From positions 29,638,001 to 29,702,000 of the forward strand of contig NC_058368.1 in assembly GCF_018350175.1 (NCBI RefSeq): DNA of 64,000 nucleotides, in the 5' to 3' direction. Made by a program: the position numbers and the translations under genes. Positions 52,291 to 64,000 of this stretch are shown here, piece by piece (within the stretch, counting starts at the first letter, position 1; every line of letters begins with the position of its first letter). The notes beneath the pieces were generated by a model, which saw only the letters and a list, made by a program, of their open reading frames with translations, made no database searches and had not been told where the DNA came from. The stretch comes from Felis catus. Lineage: Eukaryota.

Positions 52291-54689
52291 GGCTGTGGCC
52301 GGAGGTGCGAGACGCTGGGAGGCTCCGCGCGCGCCCTGGGCTCTGTCCCGCTGCCCCAAAGCGCCGGGCATTTCAACGCCGCGCACACGCGCGTGCACAC
52401 AGCGTGCCCCGTCCCGCCCGGGCCAGCCCCGCGGTTCCCACCCCTTCCAGCGCCTCGCCCTCTCTCCTCCCTTCCCTCTCCCGCCCCAGCAGCAGTGTGA
52501 ACTAGTCCTGCATTCCGGACGTCCCCTCTTCCCGCTCTCTCCGGTCTACTGCGCCCCCGCCCCAAACACCCTGAGTGTGGCACGGTGTGGTGGAGATGGG
52601 GAGGGATGGGTAGACCGGGAATGCTGAGTCCTGCGATCTCAAGAAATGGGAAAATGCGAGGACCCTTTTTACCATCCAAGCATCTCCTAAAATGTCAGAG
52701 GACTCTACTGTGAGGCCCATTTCCTGCCTTTGTGTGTGCCCTGGGAGCTGGTGGAACAGGACAGAATGGAGAGCAGAGTTTGGCATCGCTGGAGGGCCCC
52801 TGGGACTAGAGCATGGAGCAGGGCCTTGGAGATGGCCCTTGCCACCCCTGTCTCTAGGAGGTCTAGGAGAAGGTCTAGCAGGGGGGTACAGCGGTAGCAA
52901 AGGTGAAAGCCAAGCAGAGGGGACTCGGGGGGAAGGAGCTGAGGAGATCAGAGTAAGAGTGCCTTCTATTTGGTTGACTAAGTTAAAGAACAAACAAATC
53001 AACAATGGCAACGCGGGCACCACCACCCCCCCCAAAACATTATGTCCAAAGGAATAACTAAAACATGTATTTTTTAAAGAAGCAGAACGGGGAGAGTATT
53101 TTTTCACTTTGGAAATGCCATCTGCCAGTACTAGGATGACAGTGCCTCATTTGGAGCCAGGCTTCATTAATTCATATGGAGTTCTAGCTTTGTGCATAGT
53201 CCTCTGCTGGGAGCAACGCATGCGAGGGTGCAAGAGAGGAACTGAGGTTTCCCGAGCCAAGGGAGACTGGATGGGCCCAGCTGCAGCAGGAGGAAGTGCT
53301 TGTCAGCATGGCTCAGCAGGGCTGGGAAGGTGGCAAGAATGGAAGAGACGCCCACGAAGAATCTGTAGGATTTGGCAGCTGCTGGGCTGGGGAGAGAGAG
53401 GGCCTCCCATACAGTGCTGTGGGTGGGTGAACTGGCACAGCCCTTATGGAAAGCAATTTAACTCCCAAATGCAAAATCCAATTTCATTTCTGTGGATCTA
53501 TCCCACACATGCACTTGCAAGGGTGGAAAAATCCTAGATATGCAAGGATACTCATTGCAGCATGCTCATTAGAACAAAGGACTAGAAACATCTTGGGTGT
53601 CCACAGCAGAGAATTTGTGGTACATCCTCACAGAGGGCTCTTGGCAGCTATTTAAAAGAAGGGAGCAGCTTTGGATTTCCTGATGTAGAACACCCCCTAA
53701 CATATTTTACATGAAAAAAAAGCAAAGGATGGAAAATATGCATAAATGCCTCCATTTGTATAAAAAATGCAAACAAGAATATATGTATGCATATGCTCTC
53801 CAGAAAGATAGACAAGGTACTGACAGTGGGGGTTGCCTCTGATGAGAGCCATGTGGCTTGGGGACACCATGGAAGGAAGATAGTTGGTTGTGTGCCTTCT
53901 GGAATGTTTTGAATTCTGTATTGTGAACACGTATTAATTCTCCAAAACATGAGTGAATAAAATAATAAATAACTGAGTCGGGAGTGGGGTGGGGAGGAAG
54001 GACATGCAACGCCTGGAGACTGTTCTTTCAAGAACTTTGGCATTAAGGGGATAATGAAATAAGGAGGCTGGATCAAGGGAGTTGGAGGATCAAGGAAGTT
54101 CTCCCTGCTCCCCCTGCTCCCCAGCTAAGAAGACCTTTGAAGGCCACAGGGACGGGGCAGAGAGGACAGAAAGATGGGTCAAGCAATAAGATAAACCTTG
54201 AGAAGGAGAGAGAGACTAATGGGACTAATCTGGATGGTTTGGGGACATGTGGACTCTGAGGAGAGGCACCCAGAGGGAAGGGTGAGGAGAGGGAAAAATG
54301 CAGCTTTCTATCTCATTCATACAACAAATGATGCACTATGTGCCAGGCAGAACACAGGAAGTGGCTGATTGAGGCTTGAGGGATGGGGGTGAGAGGTGCA
54401 CGGGGAGACCATGGCATCCTCTGAGCACATTCTCTTAAAGTGGCATATTTTCAACAATTTTAAAGTAATATATTTCCGTGAGGATGGTGGGCAGTGATGA
54501 GACGACAGTAGGAGGAGTAGCCGGGTGGGAGGCTTGTGGAGAAGGGGATCAAAGGGGTCCTCACTTCACAGACTTGTTCCCCTCTCCCCCGCTCCTGCTT
54601 CACCAGATTCAGAGGCTCATTCCTTGGAGATTAGGGCCCAACTCTGCCCTGTGCCAGCTTTGGGGACACAGCAATGGGCAAATGAGCTA

Positions 54690-55570
54690 GGGTCCCTGCT
54701 CTTGAGTTGCTTATAGTGGAGTGGAAAAGATAGTCATTAAGCAGGTAATTACAAAATAATGGTGTCACTGCATTTGTGATAAACAATATGAGAGAAAAGT
54801 ACAGGGTCTCCTAAGATACTAAAACATCTATTTTACATTGAATGAAGAAGGGGGGCAGCACCTGAGGAGGTGACATTTAAGCTGAGAACTGAAAGACAAA
54901 CAGGAATGTTCTAGGTGGAGATGGGTGTAGGAGTGTGGGAAGACAGCATGTTACCATGAGGTGGGGAAGAGTTTGCCATTTGAAAGGAGAAAAGCGTGGA
55001 TCGTAGAGAGTGAAGGAAAGAATGGCAGAAGATGAGGATCCAGGCGCAAATGAGGTCTTCTAAGGGCGTTTTCCTCTTAGTACAGGGAGGTCATTAGGGG
55101 GTTGAAACAGTGGAATGGGCATGATCGGGTTTGCATTTTAAAAAACATCATTTGGACATCCAAGTGAGATGATGGTGGTCAGGACTAAAAAAAGTCATAT
55201 ATGATGGAGCTGAGAAAGAAGGAAGGAAGGGACTTGAGATTTGTTTCATACTAGAATGGACAAGCTCTGGAGATTGATGAGTGTGAGGTGCGTGGGAGAA
55301 GGAGATGTCAGGATGACCCCCATATTTTGAGCACAAACAACTGGTTAGATGCAGGGAGCACTGGCTGAGTCTGGGGCCCAGTAAGCTTAAGAGCTTTGAA
55401 AATTCAAGGAGAGATGCACTTAGTGTCAGTAAAGAGGCTGAGAGAGCCATCTGCTGAGATGGAAAGGCGGGGGACTGAGCAGGGCTTGTGAAGTATGGGA
55501 GACATTGATAGCATTGGTATGAGAAATACAATATGGAGTACAAAAGCAATGATCATTTGGGGCTGGGGAA
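54690..55570 (-). mobile_element. L2-like ancient LINE fragment
   Basis: Purine-rich L2-like sequence (GAGGAGGTGACATTTAAGCTGAGAACTGAA; GGAGATGTCAGGATGACCCC). Confidence 0.6.
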
Positions 55571-55653
55571 CATGAAGGTGCCAAGACTCTCCATCAGCAC
55601 CGAACAAACTCAGAGCGGAACTGAGGGCACTGGGTGGTGCTGGGGTAATTGGG

Positions 55654-56092
55654 TGTATTAGCCAGCATTCTCCAGAGAAACAGAGTCAATAAGATACGTA
55701 TAGGTATATAGAAAGAGATCATCATGAGGTATTGGTTCCCATAATTATGGAGCCCGAGAAGGGGTGCCATCTTCTCTATCTACAACCTGGAGTCCCAGAG
55801 AAGCAGGTCTAAGTCCTGTTTGGAGTCCTGAAGGCTGGAGAACCCTGAGTGCAGATGTCCAAGGGCAGGAGAAGATGGGTGTCTTGGCTCAGTTTCCATC
55901 CACCTGTTCTATTTGGGCCTCCACAGATTGGATGACACCCACCCATATTGGAGAGGGTTGATCTTTACTCAGTCTACCCATTCAAATACTAATCTCTTAC
56001 ATAAATACCCTGATAGACACACGCAGAAATGTTTACTAGCCACTTCAGCATCCCTAAGCTCAGTCAAGCTGATACCCAAAATTATCCATCAC
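55654..56092 (-). mobile_element. MLT2-like (ERVL) solo LTR
   Basis: TGTATTAGCCAGCATTCTCCAGAGAAACAGA ... CAGTCAAGCTGATACCCAAAATTATCCATCACA match MLT2 termini. Confidence 0.75.
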
Positions 56093-56864
56093 AGCGTGTT
56101 AATTAACCGATGGGGTAGGGGGATCCTTTCACAATGTATACACGTATCAAATCACCACAAGGTACACTTTAAATAGCCTACAGTTTTATGTGTCAACTAT
56201 ACCTCAGTAGAGCTGAAAAAAAAAATCACACTGGGTGTGGAAGATGGCCTTCGGAAGGGCCAAAGGTCAGGGGCTGGGAAGGGAGGTCTGGGAAGTAGGG
56301 AGGGGCTGATGAACTGGGAGAAAAGGGGAGACCTGATATGATGGCAGAGGCTTGAGGGGCAGGAGAAGGAGGAACTCTGGAGAAAATCAGAGAGGGAGAA
56401 CTGAGACTTTGAGATCCTAGAGGTGGACCAGTGGGAACATGGTCTAAAGTGTGGGCCTAATGACAAAGCGGGGTTGGGGGTGATGACTTCCAGGATTTGA
56501 AGATATTGAGGTCAGGGCATCAGAATCAGTGTTGGTTTTGAATTTGTAAGTACGCCCAATAGGGATGTGACAAGGAAAAATGGAGAGGGAGTTGCAGAGG
56601 TGGTTAGGGCAAGTGGGAGAATGCTCTGCATGCAGCTCCCTAGCCAGAGGTGAGGGAGTGAAAAAGGGGGTATGGATGGATGTGTGAACTTCAGAAAAAA
56701 AGACTGTGTTCCAAGAGTGTGGTGAGACAAATTCCTGGAATGGACAGTGGAGATCTAGAAAGAGCTCTTGTCTGCAGGGAATGGAGATGTACAGAGACTC
56801 CCTGTTCCAGGAGAGGGATGTAGAGCAGCAGGGAGCTCCAATATTAGCACTGTTACCACAGCTG

Positions 56865-57085
56865 CTTTTATTTTTTTTTAATGTTTATTTAGAGAGAGAG
56901 AGAGGGAGAGTGTGCATGTGCTGCACGAGTTGGGGAGGAGCAGAGAGAGGGAGAGAGAATCCCAAGCAGGCTCCAAGCTGTCACTGCAGAGCCTGATGTG
57001 GGGCCTGATCTCACAAACCACAGTATCACGACCTGAACTGAAACCAAGAGTCAGATGCTCAATCGACTGAGCCACCCAGGCCCCC
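56865..57085 (-). mobile_element. CAN-SINE
   Basis: SINE body and T-rich tail. Confidence 0.9.
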
Positions 57086-57679
57086 CCCCCCGCCCCCAAC
57101 TGCTTTGACACACAGCTTTCTGCCACTACTTCTTTCTTTACACTGGCATTTAGGAGGAGAAGGTGGGAGGCTTAGGGACAACTAGTTAAAGATAAAAGAG
57201 GGAGTCCCACAGAGCCACTAACACAGAACTACTTCACACAGGCAGTGGGGAGTCTCTGTAGAATTTTCTGATGGTGACACTGACGTCCACAACTTAGGGA
57301 GACTAAGAGGACATTGATGTAAAGCTATCATAAGCAATTAATTTTTTGTGCATTATTCCAGAGTCCCTACATCCCTGTGCTCATGAACTGATTGGCCCAT
57401 GGGTCCTGTTTACTTCTCCTTTCTCACTTTCTGCTATCCAGCCAGTTTGGAGTTAACATAGCAAATGTCTTCTTGTTGGCATAATAAAAACATCGCATTG
57501 ATGGTAGATGCACTGCAGAAAAAAAATGTCCTCTTCTAATGCTAAATACCAGGGATTAAGTTATTATCTGCCTTTTCAGATTATCAAAGCAGGCTTTTTT
57601 CCCTTTAGCTTAGCCAATTTTGAGCCTTACAAATTTGTGTCAGTCCACACAGATAGGTTAATTTTCAAGTTGTCTTTAT

Positions 57680-58082
57680 TAAAATTTTTTTTAATGTTTA
57701 TTTAGTTATGAGAGAAAGATGCACACACACAGAATCTGAAGCAGGCTCCAGGCTTTGAGCTGTCAGCACAGACCCCGACACGGGGCTCGAGCCCACGAAC
57801 TGTGAGATCATGACCTGAACTGAAATTGGATGCTTAACCAACTGACCCACCCAGCTCCCCTCCATCCAAGTTATCTTTACATTTTTTTAAATGTTTTTAT
57901 TTATTTTTGAGACCGAGAGAGACAGAGCATGAGCAGGGGAGGGGCAGAGAGAGAGAGGGAGACACAGAATCCGAAGCAGGCTCCAGGCTCCGAGCTGTCA
58001 GCACAGAGCCCCACACGGGGCTCGAACTCACGGACCGTGAGATCATGACCTGAGCTGAAGTCGGACGCTTAACCGACTGAGC
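57680..58082 (-). mobile_element. Two tandem CAN-SINEs (57680-57860, 57882-58082)
   Basis: Two bodies separated and flanked by CAAGTT(G/A)TCTTTA. Confidence 0.92.
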
Positions 58083-60314
58083 ATCCAAGTTATCTTTAAC
58101 TGCTCATCCCTACGCTGCCTCCTTCTCCTCAGCCAAATGTCAAAGTGTACAGAAAGTGCGCAGAGGGTAGTGGTACAGAACTGTGTATACATCATTGGAG
58201 CTACAGCCTCCTGCATCCCTCCAGGTGGCTATTTCTTGGCTTGTTGGCTCCATCTCAGCCTCCCAATGTCATGAACTGAGGCCCCTCGCAATGGAGCTTT
58301 ATGTGGCAGTAATCCCTGGGAGAACATGAGACGGTTCTCCTTGTCGGCCTGCCTCCCTCCAACCCTGCCTTCATCCATCTCTCTGTACCTCTGTACCATC
58401 TGGAGATCAGCTTTTGCAAAGGGCAACTCCTAACCCTTCACACCTCTGCATAGGGCCCTCGCAGTGGCTGTCAATGCCATCAGAGCAAGGTCTAAACTCC
58501 TTTAAAGCATACATGAGGCTCTGGCCATTTCCCCAGTTGTATCGTTGCCTATTTTTTTGGTCTGTTTTCTCTGCTAGACTGTCACGTAAGCCTCTGAGAG
58601 GTCAGGACTGTGTCTTATTCACTGTTGTTCATTTGACAGATGCATAGTTAATTAATAAATGAAAAGAAAAACAGTGCAAGGGCCATATCAAGAACATTTG
58701 CTAAGTCATGGTTCAGAAAACCTTGCTGAAAAGGCTCACGCTCCTCATTAATTGCTTGTTGCAGAATTATAAATGGTCAGTCACCTTATGGTATAAGCTA
58801 CTCCTGTGTTCAGTGACCACCATTTTCAGCTAAAAATCCGAACTCATGGTTCAACAGAGGATTTCTGCCTTACTTCCAGATGGAAGAGGTAGTCTGAGAT
58901 ATGTAGCTTGGGTTCTGACTATTGGAGATTTAGGGGGATAGTGACATAGAACATGAAGTATCAGAACCAGCCCAGAAAATCTGGGACCTGTGATCACAGA
59001 TCCCAAGAATCACAGAAAGATTGGCACATGAACTGTATGACCTTGTGTTCTGGTTATTTTGTGAAGAATTCCTAATCCCTCTCATAAGACAACAAGTTTC
59101 TGGCTTACTAGGGACTGTCTTATACAGACTTGGGCCCTTTCCAATGTTCAGTATGGTGTGTTGAACACAGTAGTACTTGATAAAAGTTTATTGAATGGCT
59201 AAATAAGGTCTAAGTTAGTCATCTCCTCTGTGTCACACTTGATTGCTCAGGGGAATGGAGACAAAATATTCAGGAACTTCTAGACTGTTCACAACAGAGC
59301 AATTACCACTTGAGCCCACTGGGATTTGCCCTGGGGTCCCCCCGGAGAATGGCTCATCCAATTAACAGTTTATTCAAAATGAGTATAACTTCAACATATC
59401 TTGCCATGGAGTCACTAAGGAAAATGGGCCAGGCTGGTAACTTTCAAGTCCTATCTGTATGGATCTTTATGGTTTTTTTCATCCATACTCATCCAGACAC
59501 CTTTTTCTGTCAATTGTGGGAAAGTCTTTCTAAGAATAGGGACTGAGAAAATAGATAGGGAAAGCCAATTGCATTCTCTTTGCTGAAAGTCATAAAAATA
59601 GGAATGGAGAGAAATGAAGATGGGGGCATTCTGAAGGGTCATTAGGTCTGCCTCCTCTTTATCATTGCTGAATAGCTATTGCGTGTCAACTCACAGCGGG
59701 CACAGTAAGTGGGTAGGATCCCTGCACAGCAAGTTAATCCATATGCAAACACAGTGACCCCAATTGCTTTGCAATAGAGAGCCACATGGCCCGTGCCCTT
59801 AAAATACATCATTTGGGCAGCTGCCAGCGGGCTGATTTATCCCAGCTGGCCAGAAGCAGCCCTGAGATCATCAGCGCCTTTGTTAATTGGGAGAGAGGGG
59901 CAGAGGAATCAAGATATTCCTGGGCACCAAGCATTCATTAGCCACCTGGCCTTCCTAAATTATGATCCTGCCATGATTTTCCCAGTGCTTCGACTGAAAT
60001 TTTAATATTTGGAGTGTATTAATAACTCGGAACATGTCATTTCCTAAATAAGCAATGCCCTTCTGGACTCATTGAAGGGAGTCCGGAGAATGGATGGTTA
60101 AACAGCACAGATATTGGCTACCCAGTGAAATGAGTGGTATGGGGGTGACCCTACAAGTTCTACCCACAACAGCAAATACAAACAGAGGAATGTATGAATG
60201 GACCTCTGGGTTAATGCCCCTGATTTCTACTCATTTGTTCAATTCATATAACGTCTTAAGAGGACCAACCCCAGGAAAAATGATGAAACATGACAATAGA
60301 AGCTAATGATGCTA

Positions 60315-60525
60315 GGGGTGCCTTGGTGGCTCAGTCAGTTAAGCTTCCAGCTTCGGCTCAGGTCTTGATCTCATGGTCTGTGAGTTCGAGCCCCGCGTCG
60401 GGCTCTGCTGACAGCTCAGAGCCTGGAGCCTGCTTTGGATTCTGTGTCTCCCTCTCTCTGCCTCTCTCCCACTCATGCTCTCTCTCTGTCTCTCAAAAAT
60501 GAATAAACGTTAAAAAAATAAAAAA
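60315..60525 (+). mobile_element. CAN-SINE
   Basis: SINE head, (CT)n and A tail. Confidence 0.92.
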
Positions 60526-60894
60526 CCCTGCCATGCCATGTAGGTTACACCATGCACTCCTCAGGGCACCCCTACAGGACCATTTTACTCCTCAGGGCAC
60601 ATCCCACAGTGATGGATGCTTCACAAGACTTGGCGTGTCTTGTTCATCTTTCAATCCTTAGCACCTAGAACAGTTCCTGACACATAGTAGCTACTCAATA
60701 AAATATTTGGTGAATGAATGAGTCTTCATTGTAGATGAAGCAGTTGAGGTGTGACAAAGTTAGTAACCTGTCCGTGTTGTACAGTTCTAGAAAGTGACAG
60801 AGGCAGGACTCACACTCATTCACCATCCTCTGGCATCCTCTTGTTCTCAGCCTCCTGTCAGCCCCCTGTTTAGGTGTGTTCCTGTCAGTGCTCT

Positions 60895-61263
60895 ATCCTC
60901 CACTGAATGTTGTGTCCCCCTCGCATTCATATGTTGAATCCCTGACCCCCCATTGTGATGGCATTTGGAAGTAGAGGCTCTGGGAGGTAATTAATTAGGT
61001 TTGGAAGAAGTCATGAGGGTGGAGCTCTCATGATGGGATTAGTGTCCTTAAAAGAAGAGAAAGAGACATCAAAGCCCACTCTGTCCACCTCGTGAGGGCA
61101 GAGCAAGAGGTAGCTGTCTGCAAGGAAGAAAGTTCACCAGGAACTGAATCTGCTGGTAGCTTGACCTTGGATTTCCCAGCCTCTAGAGATTTCAGAAATA
61201 AATGTTTCATTTAAACACCTAGTGTGTGGTGTTTTGTTATGGCAGCCCAAGCAGATTAAGACA
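60895..61263 (+). mobile_element. MLT1A-like solo LTR
   Basis: CTGAATGTTGTGTCCCCC..ATTCATATGTTGAA ... AATAAATG ... GGCAGCCCAAGCAGATTAAGACA. Confidence 0.8.
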
Positions 61264-64000
61264 ACCCTGCAGGCACACTCATCAAAATGTACCGTCCCAT
61301 GTCCCATTCATTTAAGGCTTTGCTTTCTACCAGTCAGCAACAGCTGGTGATTTGATCCCTTCCTGCCTCCCCTTTCTACTTACCCCTCCATCCAACATCT
61401 GTGTAGTGTATCAGAGTTTACAAAGAGACTCATGTACATGATTTCACGTGATACTCAGAAACAACTTGTGAAACAGGTAGGATGGTCTTTATTATCCCAT
61501 TTGACAGCTAAGTAAACTGAGGCTTGGCAAGATCAGCTGACTTACCATGACCACTCAGCATCCTCAGTACCACACTGTGGAAAATGTCATGGTGTTTCAT
61601 TCATTCAGGAGCAGGTTGCCTTGAAACTGGAGGCTGATGGAGAGGTAGATGTCAGCTTCCACGAACAATTCTCTCTGGAGGTATTTTGGGCAGGTGAGCT
61701 CAGAGATTTGGGAGTGCCTCAAATGACTCCGAGCTGACAAGTGTATCTTTCCTACACCTGAGCCTGGGCCAGGATCATTCTTCTGAAAATCTCCAAAGAG
61801 TTGGCAAACAGGTGCACCTGTCTAATCCACACTCCTACTTGATCTTCTAAGAAGTGTCACCTGCATTCACTCCTTTCTGGCTATCCCTGTTCCACCTGCC
61901 ATGCATACCTCATCTCCTCATGCCATTCTGCCTGGACTATTGCTGGGGTCTCCCAACCAGACCCCTGCTATGCCTCCACTCTGTCTAGGTCCCTTTTTTT
62001 AGTGGGAGGACTTGAAAATTATTTTACTCTTCTTAACAAGTTCTCTTTTTATTTTCTTTGAGAAAGTATTGCTCATTGAGTGCAGAATATCTTTCTAGGA
62101 CACAAAGTTGTTAGACACCTAAGTACTAACACATGAAAGCCACACCTGCTGTTAATGCAGCTAAGGATGGTCATATTTTTGATTGTCACAAAATTCAAAA
62201 CAGAATCCATTCACATTGACTTTATTTTTTAAAGAGTATGCTAATTTTTGACTCCAAGGAAATAATCCAAAAGAAGGGGGAAAAGTCAATAAAAATCAAG
62301 ATGATCATTGTGGAGTAGTTTATAATAAAGAAAACCTAGAAACAAGAGTGAGTAGTTAAGTAAATTACGTTGTGTCAATTTGATGGACTATCGTACAGTC
62401 ACTCAAAATTATAATTATGCAGACTGTGTAGCAACAGAAAATGCCTATGATATAATGTCAAGCACGCCGAGCAAATTGCACATATACTTGATTACAGCTC
62501 TAAAAATCATGTTTACATGTGGGCAAAGACTAGCAGGAAGCGAGAAGAATGAAAACAGATGATTAGTTCGGCTGGTGGGATTGTGGGGGGATTCCTCATC
62601 TTCTGGAATTGGTGTTTTTCACGTTGTTTGTGCAGTTTCGAAAGAATGCTGTTTAGCCCTTTTTGGGACCATTTTCGAGAGTGTTGGTCCCAGGAAGGCA
62701 CATAAACAGCAATGAGGAGTGCAATTCCCGATCATGCCCCACTGCCGGGTCTCTCCTGGGTGCCTGGCTCTGCTGGTGGGAATTACTTGGATCCGACCTG
62801 AGCACGGCTGTTTGCACATTGTTCCCAAGCAGAACGTTGCTGCGGAAACTCAACCACTGGATGAATATTTATATATACATTTGATTATATCCACAGCGAT
62901 TTACCACTTTATTTTTCATTTAAAAACAACTCAAGCACAGGCTGGGAAACGTTTACCTGGACTGTTGTAGAGGGAGTTGCTACTTGGGGTAGAAGTTTTA
63001 ACTGGATGGTCTTAAAGACGTGCTGAATCTATGAGTCTCACCCATGACCGGCGTGACCTTTATATACATATCGTCGTCGAGGCTCTTAGATGTGCACGTG
63101 CTGTTTCCTGCTCCAGGAATGATGTGGCACATCCTTTAAAATATAGACCTTTGGAATGGATAGGCAGGCTCTGCAGTCAGTAGCCCTGGGGTCAAATCCC
63201 ACTGTTCCCACTGACAAGCTGTGTGACCGTAGATGAGTTACTTATTATATCTCTGGACCTCAGTTCTGTAAAATCTGTAAAATCGAGACATCAAAACCTA
63301 TCCCCGAAGGTTGTTGAGAGCACGGAGATGATTGGGCATGTAGTAGGTACAGAATTAAATGAGAAGGAAATAGAGGTACACACTAGTGACAGACCGAAGC
63401 AATCTGGTGAGCTTTAACACATGGAAGCACAGGAAAAGTGAGTTTTAAGTAGGGATTTAAAGGAGCATATCCAGTGCACGTGAAACAGAAAACTGCTGAT
63501 AACATATGCCCATATGCCACAGCGTAAAGAAAAGCTGGGAGTTACTGCCAATTTACAGATGGCGAAAACACCGTTTCTCCCGGGAGCAGCTGTAACAAAA
63601 GCAAACGTGAGCAATCAAGAGGCTCCTAAATTTTGATTTAATTGCAAAAAAATCAAATGCATAATCTGAGAATCACCATAGGCACCTGCTCTACCTTCTC
63701 TCTCTTAAGTCAAGATCTCTCTGTTAACTAGATCAGCCTTTCATGCTGCAATTCAAAGAGATGCTTCCCTAATAAGCTGGCTTCTCAGATTTATGCCACT
63801 ACATGTATCATGTGAACTATTTTCTGTTTTAAATCCCCAGCAATTCTCTTGGGACCAAGATTTCCACTGACATTGAGATTCAGTATTAATTCAAAGACTA
63901 CTTTCCTAGTTACATCAGAATTCGATAAACTAAAACAGAAAAACTTTGGACTTTTTGCAAACCAGTATTAAGATTTTTTTTCTTTCTTTCCTTTTTTTTT

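Larger units (their letters stand above)
51400..52570. promoter_or_regulatory. CNMD: CpG island over the CNMD promoter, exon 1, intron 1 and exon 2, with GC boxes upstream of the ATG
   Basis: Visibly high GC and CpG density against a CpG-depleted background. CCCGCCC-type Sp motifs near 52413 and 52480-52560. No obvious TATA box. Confidence 0.88.

Noticed and set aside
51358..52398. 346-aa single ORF as a separate gene
   Set aside because: It is CNMD exons 1 and 2 read through GC-rich introns, starting at a GTG. Canonical splice sites give the known protein.
51818..52627. 269-aa + strand ORF (and other ORFs in the CpG island)
   Set aside because: Low-complexity Pro/Gly/Ala/Arg products expected from stop-poor GC-rich DNA antisense to CNMD. 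No recognisable domain.

Overview
Mammalian genomic DNA from a feliform carnivore, most likely a cat-family species; this is inferred from the abundant tRNA-derived CAN-SINEs and a carnivore-type L1. The window holds one complete protein-coding gene, CNMD (chondromodulin, LECT1), on the minus strand. It has 7 coding exons with GT-AG junctions (52290-52219, 51798-51658, 46169-46029, 39041-38928, 34543-34390, 23951-23785, 20002-19787), which splice to 1005 nt (334 aa + stop). It also has a CpG-island promoter and an AATAAA at 19485-19480. The first ~13 kb is a decayed class I (gamma-like) endogenous retrovirus (gag-pro-pol-env, minus strand). It is interrupted by Tigger-family DNA transposons, an L1, SINEs and a small polyadenylated insert. 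Intron 5 contains a ~6.6 kb near full-length but dead L1 in the sense orientation. The rest is ordinary interspersed repeats (MLT/MER31 LTRs, MER5, MIR, L2, microsatellites). I found no convincing new multi-gene system. The most interesting observations are the open in-frame intron 1, an upstream in-frame ATG, a triple-CAG acceptor, an orphan 3'-end-like block facing CNMD, and deep TE nesting. Repeat family names come from recalled consensus similarity, not a database search, and repeat boundaries are approximate.
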